From positions 2,976,001 through 3,040,000 of the forward strand of contig OZ245777.1 in NCBI GenBank assembly GCA_965227775.1: a DNA stretch of 64,000 nucleotides. Direction: 5' to 3'. Shown here piece by piece: positions 9,569-18,793 of this stretch; positions within the stretch are counted from its first letter, which is position 1; each line of letters opens with the position of its first letter. The notes under the pieces were generated by a model. The model made no database searches. It worked only from the letters and a program-made list of their open reading frames with translations, and was not told where the DNA came from. This DNA is from Phycisphaerales bacterium. Lineage in GTDB: Bacteria; Planctomycetota; Phycisphaerae; Phycisphaerales; UBA1924. The translations under genes and the position numbers were made by a program.

Positions 9569-10221
9569 CACTCAGGCGACCCAAGAAGCCAATTTCTCCA
9601 AAGGTGCTAGCGCTTCAGGACAGCTTGCGGCGTGCACGTGGCATACGTGAGTTACAGGATCGGTTCTTGATTGTATGTGAAGACGATAAATCAGCACCCT
9701 CCTATTTCCATTCTTTAAAGAAGTATTATAACTGGTCCGCTACTAGCATTGAAGTGGTTGGTGGAGGCGGAAACACTCAGCCGATTCAGGTTGTTAAGAC
9801 AGCTCTTACTCTAAAGAACGCGGCCAACAGCGAGAACAGTGGAACCGAGCCATTCTCTCAAGTTTGGTGCGTGATAGACGGCGACTACGGAAACAAGATT
9901 CCGGCAGCACGCCAACTAGCTGAACAGAACGAAATTAAGCTTGCAATAACGACTAAGTGCTTTGAGTATTGGTTGATTCTGCATTTCCGTGAATCATCAA
10001 ACGGTCGAGCCAATTGCAAACAGGTCGTTTCAGATTTGAAGGCACTAATTTCTGACTACAGTAAAGGCGATTGCGACTTTAGTGGCGTGGTAGCCAATGT
10101 CCGTGCTGCCAGTAACAGGGCGAGAAAACTCAGAAACGACGTGGATAGAGCTGAGGATCAGAATCCATGTAGCGACCTCTATCTTTTAATTGAGTCCTTG
10201 TTTAAGAGCAAGACTGTGTAG
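9565..10221 (+). CDS. RloB family (TOPRIM-like) protein, AbiLii-like
   Basis: FLIVCED..SAPSYF, VWCVIDGD, CFEYWLILHF, NPCSD motifs; TTG start overlaps the ATPase stop; low GC. Confidence 0.85.
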   Translation: MTLRRPKKPISPKVLALQDSLRRARGIRELQDRFLIVCEDDKSAPSYFHSLKKYYNWSATSIEVVGGGGNTQPIQVVKTALTLKNAANSENSGTEPFSQVWCVIDGDYGNKIPAARQLAEQNEIKLAITTKCFEYWLILHFRESSNGRANCKQVVSDLKALISDYSKGDCDFSGVVANVRAASNRARKLRNDVDRAEDQNPCSDLYLLIESLFKSKTV

Positions 10222-10439
10222 CCCTGTCCCGATCCAAGAATTCCACACCCGTCCAGACAAGCCTCCTAGTTGAACCAGTCCGACGGCAAGCCCGTCTGAC
10301 ATGGTTTCGGCCGCGGGGCGACCGTAGAAATTTTCCTCAACCCACCCCCAAATCCCCCCGATACACCCTCCAGACCGCCCCTGACGCTCGTCCGGCACGG
10401 TGCCGGACGCCTGCTGCGGGCATGCCTGGAGACTCGAAC

Positions 10440-11135
10440 ATGACGAATTCTGCTCGCTATCCGCGTCGCGAAGCGCTCCTGCTCGCCTGGGCACGCCACC
10501 ACGCAACCGTGTGGAGCGGCGGCGAGAACCCGCCACCCGACACGGGCCTGAGCGCCCAGCAGATCCAAGACTTCACCGACGCCGTGACCCAGGCTGAGTC
10601 CGCGTACTCGGACCGCGTGGCGAAGCTGGCCTCGGCGAAGGCGGCGACGACGAACAAGAACGACAAGTTCGACGTCATGCTCGACCGCCTGGGCTCGTGC
10701 ATCTCGACGATCGACTCGTACTTCAAGGACACCAAGGACCCGGGCATCTACGTGCGGGCCGAGCTCGACCCGCCCAAAGAGCCCAGCGAGCGGCCCGCGC
10801 CGCCCAAGCCGACCGACCTGGCGCTCACCAGCTTCAGCGACGGCTCGCTCCGCCTGAGCTTCAAGGTCAGCGCCGCCGGCGCGGTGTTCGAGGTCCAGCG
10901 CTCGACGACCGACCTGGTCGGCCAGGACAGCCCGTGGACGACCATCGCCGTGACGGGCGAGAAGATGTACACCGACCCGGCCGTGCCCGGCGGGCTGCGG
11001 AGCATCCAGTACCGCGTCCGCGGCATCCTGGGCAACAACAACGCCGGCGCGTGGTCAACGCCCGAGCCCCTGAGCTTCGGCAGCCAGGGCAGCCAGGCCG
11101 GCCCGGCGAGCGCCGCGTCGACCGACGCGGCATAA
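10440..11135 (+). CDS. Hypothetical protein: N-terminal helical domain, Pro-rich linker, C-terminal fibronectin type III-like domain
   Basis: GGAG RBS; PAPPKPTDL...LRLSF...FEVQR...WTTIAVTGEKMYTDP...YRVRG...GAWS pattern; very high GC3. Confidence 0.75.
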   Translation: MTNSARYPRREALLLAWARHHATVWSGGENPPPDTGLSAQQIQDFTDAVTQAESAYSDRVAKLASAKAATTNKNDKFDVMLDRLGSCISTIDSYFKDTKDPGIYVRAELDPPKEPSERPAPPKPTDLALTSFSDGSLRLSFKVSAAGAVFEVQRSTTDLVGQDSPWTTIAVTGEKMYTDPAVPGGLRSIQYRVRGILGNNNAGAWSTPEPLSFGSQGSQAGPASAASTDAA

Positions 11136-11162
11136 GGCCGCCAACCAAACCCACGAGTCGAT

Positions 11163-11192
11163 AACGCCCGGGCTCCTGTTGGCCCGGGCGTT
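11163..11192. terminator. Hairpin between convergent genes, probable bidirectional terminator
   Basis: AACGCCCGGGC-tcctgttg-GCCCGGGCGTT, perfect 11-bp stem. Confidence 0.75.
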
Positions 11193-11215
11193 GTCGTTGG
11201 GTGGGAAGGACGGGC

Positions 11216-11728
11216 CTAGCTGCGCAGCACCCGGTAACGCATACGCAGCGCGCCGCCGTTGATCGGCTCTGACCCGATCGGTTCGAGCCAGGCCGGGTCC
11301 ATCTCGCCGCCGAAGAGCGGCACGCCCGTGCCAAAGGCGACCGGCTGGAGATCGATCACGACCTCGTCGACCAGCCCCGCGCCCATGAACGCGTGGTAGA
11401 CCGTGCGGCCGCCACCGACGATCGCCTCTTGCACGCCGGCCTGCTCGAGCATGGCCAGGGCCGCGGCGGGCGATCTCGCGTGCTGCCAGCCGGCGTCGGT
11501 GAAGTCGATGTCCTGCGAGGACAGGACGATCTTGTGCTCGGGCTTCAGGATGGCGGCCATCTCCTGGCCCTTGAGCTGCTCGACCGACGCGCGGCCGGCG
11601 ATGCAGGAGCCCGCCTCGTTGACCAGCGCGCACCAGTCTGGCCAGGCCGACGGCGGGAACATGGGGATGCCGTCGGTGTTGGCGATGAAGCCGTCGATGG
11701 AGACCGAGGCAAAGAGCGTTGTTTTCAT
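11216..11728 (-). CDS. Dihydrofolate reductase / RibD C-terminal family protein
   Basis: ASVSIDGFIA, IAGRAS, IVGGG, GLVDEVVIDLQPVAFGTGVPLF. Confidence 0.9.
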   Translation of the reverse strand: MKTTLFASVSIDGFIANTDGIPMFPPSAWPDWCALVNEAGSCIAGRASVEQLKGQEMAAILKPEHKIVLSSQDIDFTDAGWQHARSPAAALAMLEQAGVQEAIVGGGRTVYHAFMGAGLVDEVVIDLQPVAFGTGVPLFGGEMDPAWLEPIGSEPINGGALRMRYRVLRS

Positions 11729-11939
11729 CGGACGATTCCTGTCTGGGTCGGTGGGTGTGGTGGGCGTCGTGGGCGTGGCAAGCGAGCTGCCAGTGTATCA
11801 CCCGGTACCTCCGACTCTTGCCAGGCTGCCCCGCCACGCCGCTGAAACCAGCACGGGCGAAATCCGAAACCACCGATTCCCACCTACCCTGTTGGACGTC
11901 CCGCTCCCTCCCCTGCCCCCGGCCCAAAGGACCCCCACC

Positions 11940-12251
11940 ATGCAAGAGAACCCCATGGTCACCGGCTTCGACCCCTCCTTCATCGCCCTGGTTGCCATCG
12001 TCGGGGGCGTGCTGCTGGCGAGCATCTTCTTCACGATGCTGTTCCTCCAGCTCATCCTCAAGGAGCGGCAGAAGGAGATGACCACCCGAGAGATCGCCGC
12101 GTACGTGGCCGAGGGCTCGATCTCCGCCGAGGACGCCGAGCGCATCCTGCACGGCAGCCGCCCGTGGCACGAGATCCGCGAGATCGCCCGGACCGGCAAG
12201 AGCTACTGCGACGCCCAGCGGGCCAAGAAGCACGGCGCCGTGCCGGCCTGA
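11940..12251 (+). CDS. Small single-pass membrane protein
   Basis: AAGGA RBS; TM helix followed by TTREIAAYVAEGSISAEDAERIL; good codon bias. Confidence 0.7.
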   Translation: MQENPMVTGFDPSFIALVAIVGGVLLASIFFTMLFLQLILKERQKEMTTREIAAYVAEGSISAEDAERILHGSRPWHEIREIARTGKSYCDAQRAKKHGAVPA

Positions 12252-12290
12252 CGCCCGTCCGGTTCGGGCCCACCCACACCCACCGATCGA

Positions 12291-14042
12291 TCACGGACGA
12301 ACGGCCGCCCCGCCCTTGCGCGGGTCGGCCGCGCCGTCGAGCTCGCCCGTCGCCGGATCGCGCCGGATGGCCTGCACCGCGCCGATGTCGTCGCGCGAGA
12401 ACACGTCGTGGCCGCGCCGCTTGAGCGCCTGGCTCCAGCTCGCCGCGGGCTCGGCGCCGTCACGCACCTCGACGTAGAGACGATCGGGCAGCCATTGGTG
12501 GTGCAGCCGCGGCGCATCGACCGCCTGCCGTGCCGATGCGCCGCCGCGGAGCATGCGCAGCAGGACCTGGGCCGTCGACGTGATGATCCGCGGCCCGCCG
12601 GAAGCACCCGCAACCGCAACAACCTCACCGTCTGCGTCGAGCACGATCGTGGGCGACATGCTCGAGAGCGGCCGCTTGCCGGGCTCGGGCAGGTTGTCGT
12701 CGGACTGCACGAGCCCGAACGCGTTCGCTTCACCCCGCTTCGTCGTGAAGTCGTCCATCTGATCGTTGAGGCAGAAGCCGAAGCCCCGGGCGCCGACCAT
12801 GGAGCCGAAGGCGAGGTTGATCGTCTCGGTGCACGCGACCGCGCCGCCGTTGGCGTCGATCACGGAGATGTGGCTCGTACCACCATCCTCGGGAAGGGCG
12901 ACCGGAATGAGTGATGCGGTGCCGTACGCCCCGGATTCGAGCACGCCTTGCGGGTCGATCGCCGCGGCCATGCGGTCGAGCGCGTCTTGCGAGAGCATGT
13001 CGGCCACTGGCACGTCGACGAACGCCGGGTCGGCCATGTGCCGTGACCGGTCGGCGAAGGCGTGCTTCATGCTCTCGGCCAGCGCGTGCGCCTCGGCGGG
13101 CGCGGGCCAGCCCGTCGCGGGCATAGCAAGATCGAGCCGCTCGGCCAGCGCGAGGAACTGCGCGATCGCCACGCCGCCGCTCGAGGGCGACGGCATAGAC
13201 AGGATGGTCCGCCCGCCCACGGTCGCGCGCACCGGCTCGACCTCTCGCAGCTCGTAGCCCGCGAGGTCCTCCATCGTCAGCACGCCACCGTCGGCCCGCA
13301 CCGACTCGACGATGGCCTCAGCGATGGCCCCGCGGTAGAACGCATCGGCCCCGTCGCGCGCGATCAACACGAGCGCCGCCGCCTGCTCGGGCAACCGGAT
13401 GCGGTCGCCGACCTCGATGCGCCCCTCGTCCGCCAGGCGCTCCCACACGAGCGGGAAGCGGCGACGCCACGACTTGTCAGCCTCGAAGCGATCAACCAGC
13501 GACCGCACGGTGCGCGCGTGGTGCGCATCGGCCTCGAAGCCGCCCGCGGCAAGCTCGATCGCTGGAGCCAGCACGACGTCACGGGGCAACGTGCCATACT
13601 TCTCCAGCGCGTGCAGCAATCCCGCGACAGTGCCCGGCACCCCCACCGCCATGCCACCGCGCTGCGAAGCCAGAGGATCGTCGAGCCCGGCGTAGGTATC
13701 GGGGCCGACCTCGACCGGGCACGTCTCGCGGTAGTTGATCGCGATCGTCACGTCGCCGTGCCGCGGATCGTCGACTAGGTGGATGAGCATGAAGCCCCCG
13801 CCGCCGATGCCGCAGGCGTCGCTGCGCACGACCGACAGGGCGAAGCTGGTGGCGACGGCGGCATCGACCGCGTTGCCGCCCCGGGCCAGCATGCGTGCGC
13901 CGGCCTGCGCGGCGAGCGGATGGTCGGCGGCGACCATGCCACCCGTACGTTGCGGCAGGGGCGCATCCTGCGTCGCTGCCAACGCTGGAGTGATGGCGAG
14001 ACAAGCACACGCGGCACTCAACAAACGCACCATGCGCATCAT
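12291..14042 (-). CDS. ggt: Gamma-glutamyltransferase
   Basis: GGNAVDAAVA, GIGGGGF, nucleophile GTSHISVID, TETIN, PGKRPLSSMSPT, GASGGPRI, GAADPR; signal peptide. Confidence 0.95.
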   Translation of the reverse strand: MMRMVRLLSAACACLAITPALAATQDAPLPQRTGGMVAADHPLAAQAGARMLARGGNAVDAAVATSFALSVVRSDACGIGGGGFMLIHLVDDPRHGDVTIAINYRETCPVEVGPDTYAGLDDPLASQRGGMAVGVPGTVAGLLHALEKYGTLPRDVVLAPAIELAAGGFEADAHHARTVRSLVDRFEADKSWRRRFPLVWERLADEGRIEVGDRIRLPEQAAALVLIARDGADAFYRGAIAEAIVESVRADGGVLTMEDLAGYELREVEPVRATVGGRTILSMPSPSSGGVAIAQFLALAERLDLAMPATGWPAPAEAHALAESMKHAFADRSRHMADPAFVDVPVADMLSQDALDRMAAAIDPQGVLESGAYGTASLIPVALPEDGGTSHISVIDANGGAVACTETINLAFGSMVGARGFGFCLNDQMDDFTTKRGEANAFGLVQSDDNLPEPGKRPLSSMSPTIVLDADGEVVAVAGASGGPRIITSTAQVLLRMLRGGASARQAVDAPRLHHQWLPDRLYVEVRDGAEPAASWSQALKRRGHDVFSRDDIGAVQAIRRDPATGELDGAADPRKGGAAVRP

Positions 14043-15397
14043 GGCTGGCTTCCTTCCTCGACCCTCGGCCAGGGTGTGACGTCTAAGCGATGGCGGCGGG
14101 CGATCCAATCGGTCGTTCGTTCTTCGGGCAAGGCCGCGCGCTCACCGCCCAGCGGGGCGAACCGTACCAGGCCCGCGAGGGCGCGGCATAGGCCCGCCGC
14201 CACGCCGGAGATTCGTCGCGGCAGTGACACGTAGGGCGCGTGCGTCCAGCGGACCAGTCGATAGCCGAGCAGGTGCAACACCTCACGCCGTAGCAACGCG
14301 GCATACTCGGGCGCGACGACGATGGCGTGCGGCTCGCCCTCGCGCGCTCGCACGCCCGGCAGCAGCCGCGGCGCCCAGCGATGCACCCACGCACGCTGTC
14401 GGAGCCACGCCGACAACGAGAGCCACATCCGGCCAACGCGCGCAATCACGAAGAACGCATCGTCGCCGACACGCGGGGACGCCTGGCGATTGGGCAAAAA
14501 AAGCAAGCCGCCGGCGCTGGCCGTCACGGGCCGCGTGCCCTCCAACGCGAGCACCGTCTTCTCAGCGACAACGGGCATAAACGCGATGGCGCCGGACTGC
14601 ATGGCGAACTCGGCGTGGCCGATCCCCACGCGTTGACGAACGTCGTAGAAGTGGCCCGCCCGCCCACCTGCGGCCTGCTCGACCACGTCGTACGGCACCT
14701 CACCCGCCGTGGTGCGCACGGACTGAGGAACCATTCCCAGACTCACCAGCGCGAGCAATATGACCGCCTCGTGCACATCGCTCGACCGAGCGTCATCGTG
14801 CCTGCCCGCCTCGACGATGCACGACACGCAGCCAAGCTCGTTGGTTGCGTAGTCAATCATCAGGCCGGCCAATTCCTCCTCGAGGCCCAGGATTTTTGGA
14901 AGCGGCAGGCCCGCGGCGAATCGACGCGCCGGCAGCGAATCTTCGAGGGCAACGAACGCCGGGCTATCGCTCGAGACCGTGTGCAGGTCGAGCAAGTAGA
15001 TCGTGCCCCGCGCCTGAGACGTGAGGCGTCGCAGCTCTTCGATGAGCTGCGCTCGCTCGCCGTGCTCGGACGACGCATCGCTTGTGTCATGCTCGACCCC
15101 GTGGAACAAGCGATTGAGGTCGCGGTCGATGTATCGGTCGCGCAGCCAGGGTTCGGGCGCTTCGATCGAGAGCGCGGCAAGATTGCCCCGAAGCGAGACC
15201 AACCGCCCGGCATTGCACGAGAGGTCCCGAAGTTCGAGGCGAGCATGGACGCGCGAAGCCGCCTCGATGCCCGCCGGCTCGTTGGCGTGCAGCCCGCCGA
15301 CGACGATCAGCGTTGGCCCCGGCGTCGACGAGGCATGGTCGCCGATGCGACGCTTGAGGCCGCTCTCACGAACGCCGCGCGGGTCTGCGGCGATCAT
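14039..15397 (-). CDS. Succinylglutamate desuccinylase/aspartoacylase (M14-like) family protein
   Basis: GGLHANEPAG, RYIDRDLNRLF, LLDLHT, VEAGRH; ATGA overlaps with both neighbours. Confidence 0.88.
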   Translation of the reverse strand: MIAADPRGVRESGLKRRIGDHASSTPGPTLIVVGGLHANEPAGIEAASRVHARLELRDLSCNAGRLVSLRGNLAALSIEAPEPWLRDRYIDRDLNRLFHGVEHDTSDASSEHGERAQLIEELRRLTSQARGTIYLLDLHTVSSDSPAFVALEDSLPARRFAAGLPLPKILGLEEELAGLMIDYATNELGCVSCIVEAGRHDDARSSDVHEAVILLALVSLGMVPQSVRTTAGEVPYDVVEQAAGGRAGHFYDVRQRVGIGHAEFAMQSGAIAFMPVVAEKTVLALEGTRPVTASAGGLLFLPNRQASPRVGDDAFFVIARVGRMWLSLSAWLRQRAWVHRWAPRLLPGVRAREGEPHAIVVAPEYAALLRREVLHLLGYRLVRWTHAPYVSLPRRISGVAAGLCRALAGLVRFAPLGGERAALPEERTTDWIARRHRLDVTPWPRVEEGSQP

Positions 15398-17334
15398 GCC
15401 CTCGGGGTCTCTCGCAGGGCTCGCTCGAGGAGCGTGCGGGCTATCTTGACGTAGTCGCGATCCGAGACGATGCCGACGAGTCGCTCGTTCTCGACGACGG
15501 GCAGGCACGCAACGCGGTGCTCGCTCATGAGCCGGATTGCCTCGAGCGTTGGCGTATCGGGCGTCACCGTAATGGGGTCGCGGACCATGATGTCCGACAC
15601 CGGCATCGCTGCGGGGTCTCTCGAAGAGCGTTCGTGGGTCAGCACGCGCAGCAGTTTGCGATAGCTCACGATGCCCACGAGCCGGTGATGTGCATCCTCG
15701 ACGGGGATGTGCCGCACGTGCTCCCAGTCCATGATGGACGCGACCAGATCGATGCACTCGCCCTCGCCCACGGTGAACAGGTCGGTGGTCATGCACTGCG
15801 ACACGCGCGCATATCCCAGGACCGCGTTGGCCCCGCCGTCGTCGCCCTCATTGGCGGCGATGTTCCATTCGTGCACCGGCTGCTGGCGGTCCTGGCGATC
15901 GAGCATCGCACGCGTCAATCCGGAGAGGCTCCCCCGGTGGGCTTTCGAACCCCGTGCGTGCGCTGCCGCGTCGAGGATCCACCGCGCACCGGTTCGTCCA
16001 GTCGAGACCCGTGCCTCGATGATGCCCAGCATCCGTTCGGCATCGTCCTCGTTGACGCCCGCGGAATCGAGTCCGTTTCGGGCCACGGGCAAGAAGTCGT
16101 GCAGGATCAGGTCGGCGATCGGATGGTCGCGTCCATCGAGCCAAGCCATGTGGGCGCTCAGTCCGTCGCGGGCGGCCCGCAAGAAGTTGTTGCGCGCATC
16201 GCCCAGTTCGAGCCTCTTGGAAACATCGGGCCACTCGGCCGGCCCGGCGACCATGAGCCCGATCCAGAATGCCGCGTTGGCGACTTCGTCGACCATCGTG
16301 GGCCCCGATGGCAGCACCCGATTCTCGATACGCAGGTGCGGGCGACCTTCGGTTACGCCGTAGCAGGGCCGCATCCACCGGTACACCGACGAATTGAACG
16401 CCTGCCACGACGCGAGCTTGGGCGTTCGACCGGCCTTGAGTTCTTCGATGGGGTCGGGCTGGTCGTCGGCCGACGCGTGCAAGAGCTGGCGGAAACGGGC
16501 CACATCGGCTCGTAGCACTTCAAGCACGGATGACTCCACCCATGCTTCTCCGAATCGGACACGTCCCACGAAGTCGCGATGCCCGACGCCCTCGCCGCGA
16601 GTGTCGACCGACTGCTGGAACGTGGCGATACGCGTCTCACGCCATAGGCGCCGCCCGAACAGCATCGGTGAGTTGACCGCGGCCGCCAACACCGGCGCCG
16701 CAACAGCGAGTGCAACGTTGTATGCGTCGGCGAACTCGCCGGGAGTCGTCTGGTAGTGCACCTGGAAGCTGGTGTTGACCGACTCGAGCATCACGCTCGG
16801 ATGCCGTACGGAAAGCTCATCGGCTCCATCGATGTGCAACTCGTAGTCATCGCCGCGGAGCTTGCGCAGCGCCTCGTCGAGACTGCGGTACCGCGGGTTG
16901 GGCATGATGTTGTCGGTCGTCAGGTGCGAGAGGTCGACCGTCGGGCAGATGCCGGTCATTAAGGCCCGAGCGCCGAACGTACGGCACGCGGCGTCGACCT
17001 CGCCGTACAGGCTGGCCAGCTGCGCTTCGAGCGACGCCAGGCACGGACCGTCGAGATCGATCGGATCGCAGTTGAACTCGACATTGAATCGCGCGATCTC
17101 GGGCACGACCCGCTCGTCATCGATGCGCTCGAGTAGCGGCTCGGCGATCGGCGCGGGCTGCATTGAACCGTCGACCAGGAACAACTCCTGCTCGACACCG
17201 ATGCGGCGTCGATCGGTCTCGAACATCGCGTGCTCGAGCATCCACTCCATCGCATCGAGGTCGCGGAGCACGCGCTGCATTGCCACTCGGTCGGCTTCGC
17301 CCCCGTCGGTCGAATTGATCCGTTGCACGCCCAT
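15394..17334 (-). CDS. Glutamate-cysteine ligase family 2 (GCS2) protein with C-terminal CBS pair
   Basis: IGVEQELFLVD, NTSFQVH, NSPMLFGRRLWRETRI, YRWMRPCY, HLRIENRVLPSGPT; CBS motifs VRHIPV and VACLPVV. Confidence 0.9.
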   Translation of the reverse strand: MGVQRINSTDGGEADRVAMQRVLRDLDAMEWMLEHAMFETDRRRIGVEQELFLVDGSMQPAPIAEPLLERIDDERVVPEIARFNVEFNCDPIDLDGPCLASLEAQLASLYGEVDAACRTFGARALMTGICPTVDLSHLTTDNIMPNPRYRSLDEALRKLRGDDYELHIDGADELSVRHPSVMLESVNTSFQVHYQTTPGEFADAYNVALAVAAPVLAAAVNSPMLFGRRLWRETRIATFQQSVDTRGEGVGHRDFVGRVRFGEAWVESSVLEVLRADVARFRQLLHASADDQPDPIEELKAGRTPKLASWQAFNSSVYRWMRPCYGVTEGRPHLRIENRVLPSGPTMVDEVANAAFWIGLMVAGPAEWPDVSKRLELGDARNNFLRAARDGLSAHMAWLDGRDHPIADLILHDFLPVARNGLDSAGVNEDDAERMLGIIEARVSTGRTGARWILDAAAHARGSKAHRGSLSGLTRAMLDRQDRQQPVHEWNIAANEGDDGGANAVLGYARVSQCMTTDLFTVGEGECIDLVASIMDWEHVRHIPVEDAHHRLVGIVSYRKLLRVLTHERSSRDPAAMPVSDIMVRDPITVTPDTPTLEAIRLMSEHRVACLPVVENERLVGIVSDRDYVKIARTLLERALRETPRA

Positions 17335-17489
17335 GCCGCGAAGCCCCCCGGCCGCTGACAGTTCCCGTCGCGCGAGGATAGGCCATCTTCCTAAGACGCC
17401 CTGTATATCGAATCATACAGGGAAGGTACTTGTAAGGGCTTCTGCATGAACGGGTGCTTGGCAACCAAGGCCCGACCTCGCACGCGCCG

Positions 17490-17520
17490 AAACAAAAAAC
17501 GGGACCCTGAGGGATCCCGC
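17490..17520 (-). terminator. Probable intrinsic terminator downstream of tRNA-Val
   Basis: Hairpin CGGGATCCCTCAGGGTCCCG followed by TTTTTTGTTT on the minus strand. Confidence 0.6.
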
Positions 17521-17536
17521 TCTCTCGTGGATGAAG

Positions 17537-17610
17537 TGGGCGATACAGGACTTGAACCTGTGACCTCCTCGATGTCAACGAGGCGCGCTAGCCAACTGCG
17601 CTAATCGCCC
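17537..17610 (-). tRNA. tRNA-Val(GAC)
   Basis: GGGCGATTAGCGCAGTTGGCTAGCGCGCCTCGTTGACATCGAGGAGGTCACAGGTTCAAGTCCTGTATCGCCCA folds as a cloverleaf; anticodon GAC; CCA not encoded. Confidence 0.97.
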
Positions 17611-17833
17611 GATATGTCGCCGCTCTGGGCCGCATTCGACCCTTCAGCGGGCCACGAGTATATCGGCCCGCAACCCCCGGGGCGACAGCCCGTACAATCG
17701 GGAGGTCGCCCCAATCCGGGCACGCCATGAGGCGTCCCCCGGCCCCGCCGACGCGGCGACCCGCACCCGGGCCCTCCCCCCACCCCCACGATGGACAGGT
17801 GGACCCCACGCCCGGGCACAAAGGAGGCCGCCA

Positions 17834-18790
17834 ATGCGTGCCATGCCCCCGTTGCTGTTCGTTCCATCGTTCATATTGCTGAGCTCGATGACCGGCACCG
17901 CGTTCGCTCAAGACGCACCGACGCCCGCGAAACCCGCACCAAGCTCGTTGCCCAGCGTCGAGCCGCCAGCGGAGCTCGAGCGGCCCGAGGACGTGCAGGA
18001 AGCCCTCCGAGCCCACCACCTCAGGCGGGAGCAGCTCGAGGTCGAGCTGCGTCGCATCCGGCACACCTACTTCCGCAACCCGCGGGCGAAGGACCTGCGC
18101 GCCGCGGGCATCGAGAAGCTCAAGGAGTACAACGATCCGGCGATCTTCGAATCGATGATCGAGATGTTCACGCGCAGTGGCGACGACGTTATCGAGGCCA
18201 TCATGGGCCACTTGGCCGAGCTCGACACGCCCGAGGCTCTCGCGACCATCGCGTGGACAGCCGTGTTTGACACGCATCCGCGCCGCCGTTCGATGGCAAG
18301 CGACGTGCTCGCCGATTCGCTCCAGAACAGAGAAGCTCCGCACACGGTCAAGAGCGTGGTGGCCGACGGCCTGCGTCGCAGCCACGACCCGCACGTCGCC
18401 AACGCCGCCGGCCTTGCCGCAACACTCAAGATGGCCGATGCCATACCGGCCATGATCGCCAGCCAGGTCGTCGGCCGCGGCACGGGTAGCGACGGCGGGG
18501 CCCTGGCCTACATCCTCATCGGCCAGCAGCAAGCGTTCGTGAGCGACCTCGAACCAGTCGTCGGCGACAGCGCCGTCGCATTCGACCCCGAGCTGAGCGT
18601 CGTGACCGAGGGCGTCGTGCTCCGCGTGCTTGATTCGGTCGTGGTGACCTACCGCGTCGAGGTGCACGAGGCGCTGGTGCGCCTTACCAGCGACCTCAGC
18701 GGCGAGGACACCAGCTATCTGGGCTGGGACGTGCCCAAGTGGCGGCAGTGGTACACGAAGGAGTTCTTGCCCGGACGTGGGCCGACCTAA
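17834..18790 (+). CDS. Secreted HEAT/ARM-repeat-like hypothetical protein
   Basis: AAGGAGG RBS; signal peptide ending AFA; helical repeats; C-terminal W.QW motif. Confidence 0.65.
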   Translation: MRAMPPLLFVPSFILLSSMTGTAFAQDAPTPAKPAPSSLPSVEPPAELERPEDVQEALRAHHLRREQLEVELRRIRHTYFRNPRAKDLRAAGIEKLKEYNDPAIFESMIEMFTRSGDDVIEAIMGHLAELDTPEALATIAWTAVFDTHPRRRSMASDVLADSLQNREAPHTVKSVVADGLRRSHDPHVANAAGLAATLKMADAIPAMIASQVVGRGTGSDGGALAYILIGQQQAFVSDLEPVVGDSAVAFDPELSVVTEGVVLRVLDSVVVTYRVEVHEALVRLTSDLSGEDTSYLGWDVPKWRQWYTKEFLPGRGPT

Positions 18791-18793
18791 AGC

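Noticed and set aside
17340..17610. Integrative element at tRNA-Val (or at tRNA-Thr, 58888-58959)
   Set aside because: No integrase and no duplicated tRNA 3' end noticed; flanking genes have host-like composition
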